Shown piece after piece: positions 1-7,134 of a DNA stretch of 22,181 nt. Position 1 is the first letter of the stretch; every line of letters begins with the position of its first letter. The translations under genes were made by a program, and so were the position numbers. Where the stretch lies: assembly GCA_039024555.1 (NCBI GenBank), contig JBCCQQ010000081.1, positions 1-22,181 on the forward strand, written 5' to 3'. Origin of the DNA: Cyanobacteria bacterium P01_D01_bin.156 (GTDB lineage Bacteria > Cyanobacteriota > Cyanobacteriia > Phormidesmidales > Phormidesmidaceae). The notes beneath the pieces are model-generated. The model searched no databases. It was given only the letters and a program-made list of their open reading frames with translations, and had not been told where the DNA came from.

Positions 1-102
1 GCGATGAATAATATCGCGAAAAAATGGAATCGACCGATTAAAGATTGGCGTGCTGCCTTGTCACATTTTGCTATTCTCTTCCCAGAACGCTTTTCTCTTT
101 AA
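1..102 (+). CDS. IS256-family transposase, 3' end only (gene begins before the window)
   Basis: Open frame from base 1 to TAA at 100-102 carrying the KKW...P...W...AL..FAI.F..R motif. Confidence 0.8.
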   Translation, partial: AMNNIAKKWNRPIKDWRAALSHFAILFPERFSL

Positions 103-138
103 GCAAACAAGCGTTTACACAAAATTCAGATCACTCTC
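1..138 (+). mobile_element. Right end of an IS256-family insertion sequence (transposase C-terminus plus terminal inverted repeat)
   Basis: Frame +1 reads AMNNIAKKWNRPIKDWRAALSHFAILFPERFSL* (stop 100-102), matching the IS256/mutator transposase C-terminal pattern (..KKWxxPIxxWxxALxxFAIxFxxR). The reverse complement of 114-138 is GAGAGTGATCTGAATTTTGTGTAAA, matching the GAGAGTG-N6-ATTTTGTGTAAA ends I recall for IS256-family elements. Confidence 0.85.
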
Positions 139-361
139 TTACCAAAAGCAATATGCTGAAGCCGAAGCTTATCTACTTAGAGCATTAGACCTACGAAATC
201 GTCTTTTAGGGCAGCAACATCCATATACCCAAGGCACCTGGAATTCCTATATTCAAGTCATCGCCACTGCCATCCAAGCCAATCAAGCCGACACCCTTTC
301 CGATCATCCCACCACCCAAAACCTAATTCCCAAAATCCGCACCGCCCTAGAAAATCCGTAG
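139..361 (+). pseudogene. 3' remnant of a TPR-repeat protein gene (TPR_10/TPR_12 type), apparently interrupted by the IS256 element
   Basis: YQKQYAEAEAYLLRALDLRNRLLGQQHPYT is a kinesin-light-chain-type TPR unit. TPR similarity starts at the IS end (138/139); the first ~30 aa of ORF 50..361 are just IS sequence read out of frame. Confidence 0.75.
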
Positions 362-487
362 GTTGGGTTGAAAATCCATCCGAAATGATTGCTTTCTAAC
401 GATCTATCAAAACCCAACGATCCATAACTATTAACCACAGCATCAAACGAGCGATTGTTGGGTTTCGGGCCTCAACGCCAACCTACG
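357..487. repeat. GTAG-type REP/REPIN-like (MITE-like) nested palindromic element
   Basis: Outer inverted repeats CGTAGGTTGGGTTGA (357-371) and TCAACGCCAACCTACG (472-487, 1-nt insertion); inner inverted repeats AAACCCAACGATC (410-422) and GATTGTTGGGTTT (453-465). Lies between convergent genes. Confidence 0.75.
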
Positions 488-506
488 TAATATTCAGATA
501 TCGCAA

Positions 507-3320
507 TTATGCTACCAATTCCTTAAACCAATTGTCCTGCCAAATATCCTCAAAACTCTCATCTGCCTGGGCTTCTTCCTTATAGCGTGGATCAATCTGC
601 ACCGCCTTTTGCAAATTCTCTAAGGACTTATCCGTCTCTCGCTGTAGCGCATAACAAACTGCCTGATTGTAGTACGTCTTCGCATAGGCCGGATTCAACT
701 CCAATGCCTTTTCAAAACTCTTTAGCGCATCCCGGTCTCGACCCAATTTCACCAAAGCCGCACCGCGATTATCCCAAGCCTTCACCAAATCCGGCTTAAA
801 CCGAGTTGCCTGCTCAAAGGAGGATACCGCTTCCTCAAACCGTTCCAGCTCCAGTAGCGACAACCCTCGATTCAGCCAGGCCACCCCGTCATTTTCCTGA
901 ATCTTCACCGCCTTATCAAAGGACTTAAACGCCTCTTCTGCCTGTTGCAAAATGCCGTAGGCCACCCCACGATTGACCCAAGCTTCGTGATACGTCGGAT
1001 TTAATGCAATGGCCTTATCAAAAGAAATAATCGCCTTTTCTCGCTGCTTTAAGCGGCTTAGTACCATGCCCTTGTTTAACCAGGCTCTAGGGTCCGTATC
1101 GTCAATATCGATTACCCGCTCAAATGTGGCCAGGGCATCTTCATAACGGCGTAGCTCTCGCAGCACTAGACCCCTTTGATACCAGGCATCCTTTCGCTGA
1201 GGTTCTAAATCAATCACTTTTTGTAATGCAGCTAAAGCCTCATCCCGTCGCTTCAGCTGGCCTAGGGGCTGACTGCGGGCCAGCCACAGTTCCGCATTGC
1301 TAGGCTGAATCGACAGGGCCTTGTCGTAGGTAATAATGGCCGCTTCTAAATCACCCTCGGCAATCTGACCTTCAGCCGTGGCCACTAGCTCATCAATGGT
1401 TTCAAATAGCTCAGGGCGGTTATTCTGCAGTCGCGATAGCCGCTCGGTGAGGCTTTGCAGCTGAGTCTGGGCTGTTTCCACAAAGGAATCGGCCACATAT
1501 TCTGGGGTGACTTCCCCCAGCTGGCGCATAATTTGGTCCTTTTGTACCTTGGCTTCGGTTTGGAGATCCTCTAACCGTTGGGCAAAGCTTTGCTGCAGAC
1601 TTTCCAGGTCAGCGGCACTGGCGGACTGCTCTCCCTCAAACCGGGTTTTGAGTTCATCTAGGTTAGCGCTAAATCTCTCAGCGATCACCATTAGCCGCTG
1701 CTGGGCTTCCTGCTGGCGTCCGCGGGCGGTGTCTCCTAGTTCGTTGATCTGGTTGCCCAGATTTTCATCAAACTGGTTGAGCTTTTCGATCACCACATCA
1801 CGTCGGCCAAATACGGTATCGCGTACCTCCCCTAGCTGCTGGGTGAAATCTCCTTCTAACTGGCGCAGAGTTTGTAAGGATTTCTGCTGTTGCTGGTTAA
1901 CGTCGGTCTGTAGTTCGGTGAGCTGACGGGTAAAGGCACTGGCGGCGGCTTCAACGATTTGTAAATTGCGAGCTTGCTGGTCGCCGCTTTCGCTCTGGAG
2001 CTGGTTTAGCTGGCTAGCAAAGGTATTGGCGGTTTGCTGTAGAGCGCGAAACGATTCGTCCCGCTGTAGTCCTAAATCAGCCTGTAGGCGGTCTAGCTGG
2101 TTTTTGAAGTCTGTGGCTACCTGGTCCATATCCCCCAGCAGCACTCCCTTGCGGCCTTCTACATCCACTTTTAGGGTGGCAAACTGGGTTAAGAAATCGT
2201 CGGTGGACTGACGCAGCTGGTGCATCATGTCCGCTTTGCGCCCTTCGATATCGTTGCGCATTTGCTGGAATTCTTGCTGCAGGTCGGTTACGGACCGTTC
2301 AATGGTATTTAGGGCCAGTTCCTTGTGGCCTAGGGCATTGACCTGCATATCGTTGACCTGCTGGGCAAAGCTGGTGCGGTCCTGCTGCATGTCTTCAATG
2401 ATGCTGTCTCGCTGCTGTTCCAGCTGGGTTTTCATGGACTTGCGCAAATCGTCTAGCTGGGGGCCGATGTCTTTTTCAAGACCGGCGAGTTTATCTAGCC
2501 AGCGATCGCGTTGTTCGACGGTCTCGGTTTGCAGCGTGCCAATCTCATCGGAAAAGATAGACTCTTTGCGATCTAATTCTTCTAGGAAAATCCCCTGGCG
2601 GTGGTCGGCGGTGGCCTTCAGCCCTGACAGATGGTTATCCAGGGTAGCCTGGGCGCTGTCCAACCCTTGAAAGACAGACTGCTGCTGTCGTCGAGTATCG
2701 GCTTGAAGCGTCTGTAACTGTTGGATAGCGTTTTGTTTAAGGGTATCGAGTTCTTGAACAAATTCAGTTTGGCGGCTGCCCAGGGACTGGCGAGTATCGT
2801 CCAGTTCAGCTTGCCAGTCCCTAACGGTTTTAGCTTTTAGGTCGGTGGCTTCTGCCAGAAGTTTAGTCAGGCTGTTGCGCTGGGTGGTGAGATCTCGTTG
2901 AAAGCTGCTGGAGCGCTCCAACAATTCATCAGCGCGCTCATCTGCTTCAGCCAAGATACTGTCAATTTTGCGGGTGGCTGCCTGGATTTTATTTTCCAGA
3001 TTTTCAATTTCGTTGAGCTGGCCCAGTACATTTTGGGTGACTTTTTTAGTTACCTCAGTTTCCACCGCTCGCCGCATTACCCACAGCATGGCCATGCCCA
3101 TACCCAGTAGCAACACCAGGGTGCCAATGAGGCCAATCAGTAAAATGACGCTGAGGTCGGAAGAGTCGTCATTAACTAGCTGACTTTCTGGGGTCGTTGC
3201 TTCCCGAACCGGAGCGGGGGTGGACTGGGCCAAACCCGGTCTGACAGAGCTACACATCACGATCAGCATGAGGGCCAACTTAGGCCAGATAGCGGATTTT
3301 GATGATGCGCTCACGGTCAT
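507..3320 (-). CDS. Membrane-anchored long coiled-coil protein with C-terminal TPR array (937 aa)
   Basis: N-terminal signal-like segment (..RPGLA/QS), hydrophobic TM segment at about aa 57-82, Q/E/L-rich helical rod of 29-aa repeats (aa ~140-601), about 8 TPR units (AWYQRGLVL, AWLNKGMVL, AWVNRGVAY, AWLNRGLSL, AWDNRGAAL). Confidence 0.93.
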   Translation of the reverse strand: MTVSASSKSAIWPKLALMLIVMCSSVRPGLAQSTPAPVREATTPESQLVNDDSSDLSVILLIGLIGTLVLLLGMGMAMLWVMRRAVETEVTKKVTQNVLGQLNEIENLENKIQAATRKIDSILAEADERADELLERSSSFQRDLTTQRNSLTKLLAEATDLKAKTVRDWQAELDDTRQSLGSRQTEFVQELDTLKQNAIQQLQTLQADTRRQQQSVFQGLDSAQATLDNHLSGLKATADHRQGIFLEELDRKESIFSDEIGTLQTETVEQRDRWLDKLAGLEKDIGPQLDDLRKSMKTQLEQQRDSIIEDMQQDRTSFAQQVNDMQVNALGHKELALNTIERSVTDLQQEFQQMRNDIEGRKADMMHQLRQSTDDFLTQFATLKVDVEGRKGVLLGDMDQVATDFKNQLDRLQADLGLQRDESFRALQQTANTFASQLNQLQSESGDQQARNLQIVEAAASAFTRQLTELQTDVNQQQQKSLQTLRQLEGDFTQQLGEVRDTVFGRRDVVIEKLNQFDENLGNQINELGDTARGRQQEAQQRLMVIAERFSANLDELKTRFEGEQSASAADLESLQQSFAQRLEDLQTEAKVQKDQIMRQLGEVTPEYVADSFVETAQTQLQSLTERLSRLQNNRPELFETIDELVATAEGQIAEGDLEAAIITYDKALSIQPSNAELWLARSQPLGQLKRRDEALAALQKVIDLEPQRKDAWYQRGLVLRELRRYEDALATFERVIDIDDTDPRAWLNKGMVLSRLKQREKAIISFDKAIALNPTYHEAWVNRGVAYGILQQAEEAFKSFDKAVKIQENDGVAWLNRGLSLLELERFEEAVSSFEQATRFKPDLVKAWDNRGAALVKLGRDRDALKSFEKALELNPAYAKTYYNQAVCYALQRETDKSLENLQKAVQIDPRYKEEAQADESFEDIWQDNWFKELVA
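2502..2509. repeat. HIP1 octamer GCGATCGC (first of at least 8 copies)
   Basis: Copies at 2502, 3498, 5523, 6542, 12578, 15108, 19215 and 21453; about 0.3 expected by chance in 22 kb. A hallmark of cyanobacterial genomes. Confidence 0.9.
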
Positions 3321-3452
3321 AGGGACGGCAGTGGGTCGATAGGCTGCTCATAGCATACCTGAGCTAGCGCGGCTTGCTTTAGTCTTTGCCAGAGGGATTA
3401 TGGGCGGATTCCCTGCCTGGTAAGTTCGGTTAGATAACTTGAGATTTATTCA

Positions 3453-3983
3453 TTATTCCAGGTTATCGATGGGGTACCCGTCGGGGCCGATGGTGGTGCG
3501 ATCGCAAATGGCTCCTTTTAATTCCACCTGCTGGGCACGAAATAAATTCACCCCCCGTAAATTTGCCTTAGTCAATTGAGTATTGACTAACATGGCCCGA
3601 CTGAGATTTACCTGGGTCAGATCCGCACCCAAAAAGTCTGCCCCAGTTAAATCCGCACCGTAGAGATTGGCCTGTTGCAGCTTGGCATGGCACAGTTTGG
3701 CTCCGCGTAAGTTAACAAAGGACAGTAAAGCTCCTTGTAGGGTAGCTCCCGATAGATCAACCGCTTGTAAAGAAGCCTTACTGAGGTTAGCGCCAGTAAA
3801 ATCTGCACCGACTAAACGACACCGACTGAGCTTTGCATAGGGCATATAGGCACCGGTCAGTTGAGCATTGATTAAATTACAGTTGCGCAAGTCAGAATCA
3901 AAAAAGTCTGCCGATTCAATCACAACGCCTTGGAAGTCACGTTTTCCCGCTTGATAGGCCGCTAGGAATTCATCAACTGTCAT
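3453..3983 (-). CDS. Pentapeptide repeat-containing protein (176 aa)
   Basis: A(D/N)LxG-type pentapeptide repeats; cyanobacterial N-cap FLAAYQAGKRDFQG and C-cap AICDRTTIGPDG. Confidence 0.93.
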   Translation of the reverse strand: MTVDEFLAAYQAGKRDFQGVVIESADFFDSDLRNCNLINAQLTGAYMPYAKLSRCRLVGADFTGANLSKASLQAVDLSGATLQGALLSFVNLRGAKLCHAKLQQANLYGADLTGADFLGADLTQVNLSRAMLVNTQLTKANLRGVNLFRAQQVELKGAICDRTTIGPDGYPIDNLE

Positions 3984-4064
3984 ACACTTAATCTACGGAA
4001 AACAATCAGAGTCAACGGGTAATTGACAACCGAGCTCCTGACCACATCTGGTCACTGGAGATTT

Positions 4065-4082
4065 TTTGTTACAGAATGTAAA
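4065..4082 (-). promoter_or_regulatory. Putative HLR1 (RpaB-binding) direct repeat
   Basis: Minus strand TTTACATT-CT-GTAACAAA versus the HLR1 consensus (G/T)TTACA(T/A)(T/A)-N2-repeat; one mismatch. Confidence 0.5.
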
Positions 4083-4092
4083 TTAAGATACA
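4077..4092. promoter_or_regulatory. Putative NtcA-binding site
   Basis: TGTA-AATTAAGA-TACA is a perfect TGTA-N8-TACA in a divergent intergenic region; I found no TAN3T -10 box at the class II spacing. Confidence 0.45.
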
Positions 4093-4195
4093 TGTCGTAA
4101 GAAAAGGTCTTTCTTAAGCGTGACTTAAGGTTTTTACGCCCTTTTGGCTTCTGCCGCTCTACCCTCGCTTTTGCCCACAGCCGCTATCCATCGTC

Positions 4196-5710
4196 ATGAC
4201 TGAGGCATCGCTTTCCCTTGCTCAGCAGTATCACCAGCGCACTAAATACTTTCCCGATGCGTTGCCCCAAGGAACGTTGAACTGGTCTGAACAGCCGAAG
4301 GTTTACAAGACCTATCCGCTGGGGAGCCGGTTTGACCTACAGGGGTATCTGGGTCCGCTGGAACAGCCTAGCGACCAGTGGTGGCAGCGGCTGTCTCAGT
4401 TTTTGTTCCACAGCTACGGCCTAACGGCCAAGTTTACAAGTGCGGCTGGGGAAACGATCTATTTACGGTCGGCTCCGTCGGCAGGGGCGCTGTACCCGGC
4501 GGAAATTTATTTGGTTTCCCGAGGCACTTCTCAGCTGCCTGCCGGGTTGTACAACTACCAGGTTAGAACCCATAGTCTGATCCGGTTTTGGGACGATCAT
4601 CCTTGGCAGCGGCTGCAGCAGGCATGTTTTTGGCATCCGGCTCTAGAGCATACCCATTTGGCACTGGTGTCGACGGTCATTTTTCAGCGGTCGGCCTGGC
4701 GCTACCAGGCGCGAGCGTATCGCCGGGTATGTCTGGATACGGGACATCTGCTGGGCAATATTGAACTGTCCGCTAGTCTATGTGACTATCGGCCCCACGT
4801 GATTGGCGGGTTTGTGGATGATGCGGTCAATGATTTGCTGTATTTGGATGGGGATTGCGAGGGTGCGATTTCGGTAATGGCCTTGGCGGACCTGCTTCAA
4901 GTGGAGGAAAACCTATCCCGAGGCTGTACTGCGCTGGCTAGCGATCTACATACCCATGAGGCCCCTAGGGACGATCAGCAGTTACTGGCAGCGCTGCACC
5001 AGGCCAGCAAAATTATGGCTCAACCCGACAAGAGCTTAGAACAGGCTCAGTTGGAACACTCGCCCCAGGTGCCTAGCTCAAAGTATGACTTTCCTTTTGG
5101 CAACCATGCGACGACGGAGGTGGTGCCGATGGACTGGGGGGAGGATTTAGAACATCTGACAAAAACCATGTTGTATCGGCGTTCCACTCGTCGCTATCGG
5201 GGGGCAGCGATGCCATTGGATGCGCTGCGGCAGCTGCTGGATTTTACCTACCATCCAGAGCATTATTGTGACCAGGGGTTTGATCCGCAGCCGGACTACT
5301 TTGATTTGAGTCTGATTCAAACGTTTGTGGTGGTCCTAGGGGTCAATAATCTGGATACGGGCTGCTATCACTATGATCCAACTACTAATCGCCTGCGTCA
5401 GGTACGGTTTAAGCATTTTCGTCGGGAGCTGTATCAGCTTTGTTTAGGTCAGCATTTGGGCCGCGATGCCAGCATGGCGGTTATTCACACGGCTAATCTA
5501 AAGGCGGCAATTGATCGACATTGCGATCGCGCTTACCGCTATTTGCACATGGATGCGGGCCATTTGGGGCAGCGATTAAATTTGGCGGCTGTCCGGTTGG
5601 AGCTGGGGGTAAGCGGAATAGCCGGATTTTTTGATGATCAGGTAAATGAGGTGCTGGGGATTCCGGAGGATGAGGCGGTGCTTTACATTACGACGATTGG
5701 AGTACCGTAA
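4196..5710 (+). CDS. SagB/ThcOx-family FMN-dependent dehydrogenase (tandem nitroreductase domains, 504 aa)
   Basis: YHQRTKY, LRSAPSAGALYPAEIY, AWRYQARAYRRVCLDTGH, RRSTRRY, AYRYLHMDAGHLGQRL and GIAGFFDD motifs. Confidence 0.9.
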   Translation: MTEASLSLAQQYHQRTKYFPDALPQGTLNWSEQPKVYKTYPLGSRFDLQGYLGPLEQPSDQWWQRLSQFLFHSYGLTAKFTSAAGETIYLRSAPSAGALYPAEIYLVSRGTSQLPAGLYNYQVRTHSLIRFWDDHPWQRLQQACFWHPALEHTHLALVSTVIFQRSAWRYQARAYRRVCLDTGHLLGNIELSASLCDYRPHVIGGFVDDAVNDLLYLDGDCEGAISVMALADLLQVEENLSRGCTALASDLHTHEAPRDDQQLLAALHQASKIMAQPDKSLEQAQLEHSPQVPSSKYDFPFGNHATTEVVPMDWGEDLEHLTKTMLYRRSTRRYRGAAMPLDALRQLLDFTYHPEHYCDQGFDPQPDYFDLSLIQTFVVVLGVNNLDTGCYHYDPTTNRLRQVRFKHFRRELYQLCLGQHLGRDASMAVIHTANLKAAIDRHCDRAYRYLHMDAGHLGQRLNLAAVRLELGVSGIAGFFDDQVNEVLGIPEDEAVLYITTIGVP

Positions 5711-5714
5711 ATCT

Positions 5715-5774
5715 ATTTGGAGTTCGGAGTTCGGAAGTTTGAATTTTCTGACTTCCGAATTCCGAACTCCAAAT
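5715..5774. terminator. Long hairpin between convergent genes, likely a bidirectional terminator, built from GGAGTTC heptamers
   Basis: ATTTGGAGTTCGGAGTTCGGAAGT (5715-5738) pairs with ACTTCCGAATTCCGAACTCCAAAT (5751-5774): 24-bp arms, one mismatch, 12-nt loop. Confidence 0.7.
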
Positions 5775-6646
5775 TAAAGACCTCCCATTTCCCTTACTGT
5801 GCGAGCAATGGCTGACATGTCTTCATCGCCGTGGCCTTTGGCGATCAGGCCATTTTCGATTTGTTCTACGTAGGCGGCCATGGGGAGTGGCAATCCCAGT
5901 TCGCGGGCGGCTTCTAGGGCAATGAGTAGGTCTTTACGATGCAGGCTCATGCGAAAGCCGAGGGGATAGTTATTGTCTAGCATGTTGCCAGAGCGGTTGG
6001 TGAAGGCCCAGGATGCGGCAGCACCGCCGCCCACGGCTTGGACGACTTTTTCCATATCCAGACTGGCTTTCATGCCTAGGGATAGTCCTTCGGCAACAGC
6101 TAGAAAGGTACCGGCGACGACGATTTGATTGATGGCTTTGGTGGTTTGGCCAGCGCCGTTGGGGCCAACGTGGGTGATGGTTTTACCCATGGCTTCCAGG
6201 ACGGGCATGGCCCTGGCTAGCTGATCGGCATCTCCTCCCACCATGATAGAGAGGGTGCCGTTTTGAGCACCTTCTGAGCCGCCAGAGATCGGGGCATCTA
6301 GCATGGCCACCTGTTTGTCGGCTAGTTGGGTGGCTAGGGTACGGGTGGCGGTGGGACTAATGGTGGACATATCGATGACTAGACTGCCGGGTTTGGCTCC
6401 GGTGATGATGCCCTCAGGGCTTAACACCACGGCTTCTACATCAGGGGTATCGCTAACGCAGACGATGATGATTTCGGCGGCGGCAGCTGCTGCCGCTGGG
6501 GTGACCGCCCGTTGGGCTCCGGCCTTGGCTAGGGGCAGTTCGCGATCGCGACTGCGATTATGTACCGTCAGTTCATGACCCGCCTTGAGTAGATTTAATG
6601 CCATTGGGGCACCCATGGTGCCAAGGCCAACAAACCCGACTTTCAT
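5774..6646 (-). CDS. NAD(P)-dependent beta-hydroxyacid dehydrogenase (3-hydroxyisobutyrate dehydrogenase / tartronate semialdehyde reductase family)
   Basis: GFVGLGTMGAPMA Rossmann motif, LDAPISGG, GTLSIMVGG, catalytic-Lys motif GAGQTTKAINQ, and GF..LHRKDL. Confidence 0.93.
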   Translation of the reverse strand: MKVGFVGLGTMGAPMALNLLKAGHELTVHNRSRDRELPLAKAGAQRAVTPAAAAAAAEIIIVCVSDTPDVEAVVLSPEGIITGAKPGSLVIDMSTISPTATRTLATQLADKQVAMLDAPISGGSEGAQNGTLSIMVGGDADQLARAMPVLEAMGKTITHVGPNGAGQTTKAINQIVVAGTFLAVAEGLSLGMKASLDMEKVVQAVGGGAAASWAFTNRSGNMLDNNYPLGFRMSLHRKDLLIALEAARELGLPLPMAAYVEQIENGLIAKGHGDEDMSAIARTVREMGGL

Positions 6647-6704
6647 ACTACGCTCCCCCCGTTGCAGGTGTTGTACCTGTAAAGCTCACCATACCAAACA
6701 TGAC

Positions 6705-6740
6705 AAAATAAAAGCTTCCCAACGGTTGCCGTGGGAAGCT
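6705..6740 (-). terminator. Rho-independent terminator downstream of the small Cys-repeat lipoprotein gene
   Basis: Minus strand AGCTTCCC-ACGG-CAA-CCGT-T-GGGAAGCT hairpin followed by a TTTATTTT tract. Confidence 0.8.
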
Positions 6741-6783
6741 AAGTTCAAAAAAACAAATTGACTATAGTTTAACGCTAAGCAAG

Positions 6784-7002
6784 TTAGCTACCTGCACAGG
6801 GGTCAGCGGCGCAAGGATCGGCAGCACAGGGGTCAGCGGCAGCGCAAGGATCGGCAGCACAGGGAGCGGCGCAAGGCGCAGCCTCCTCAGTTTTTGCCGC
6901 ACAGGGGTCAGCCGCACAGGGGTTTGCACTACCGCAACCAGTTAGAACGCCAACGCTCAGCACAGATGCTGCTGCTACAGCCGCCAAATAATTAATTTTC
7001 AT
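6784..7002 (-). CDS. Small secreted lipoprotein (72 aa) with eight (D/N/A)PCA repeats; function unknown
   Basis: ATG at 7002 with GAGGA RBS (7010-7014) 7 nt upstream; signal peptide ending in lipobox LTG/C; mature part CGSANPCAADPCAAKTEEAAPCAAPCAADPCAAADPCAADPCAADPCAGS; repeats differ at synonymous positions; own terminator. Confidence 0.88.
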   Translation of the reverse strand: MKINYLAAVAAASVLSVGVLTGCGSANPCAADPCAAKTEEAAPCAAPCAADPCAAADPCAADPCAADPCAGS

Positions 7003-7134
7003 CAAGGGTTCCTCTTAAAGCTTTCAACAGATAATAATGCAGCCGAAACTAAATCGACAATCGGCCCGCCCAATACTTTGCACAAACAAAATGAATTTCT
7101 CCTGAGAGAAGGCTCATATTTCTCTTAAATCGTT

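Noticed and set aside
50..361. 103-aa ORF as an intact gene
   Set aside because: Its GTG start and first ~30 codons lie inside the IS256 end; only 140-361 is TPR-derived
587..3183. Several + strand ORFs (587, 1507, 1966, 2227, 2898, 2968)
   Set aside because: Antisense shadows of the Q/L/E-rich coiled-coil gene, with S/C/W/R-rich non-protein-like composition
6784..6925. CRISPR-like or non-coding tandem repeat
   Set aside because: Units are 12-18 bp, in frame, without unique spacers, and vary at synonymous positions: a coding repeat
4196..7002. Complete TOMM/cyanobactin cluster (SagB plus Cys-rich precursor)
   Set aside because: No YcaO, PatA/G protease or transporter; the peptide has a lipoprotein signal rather than a RiPP leader
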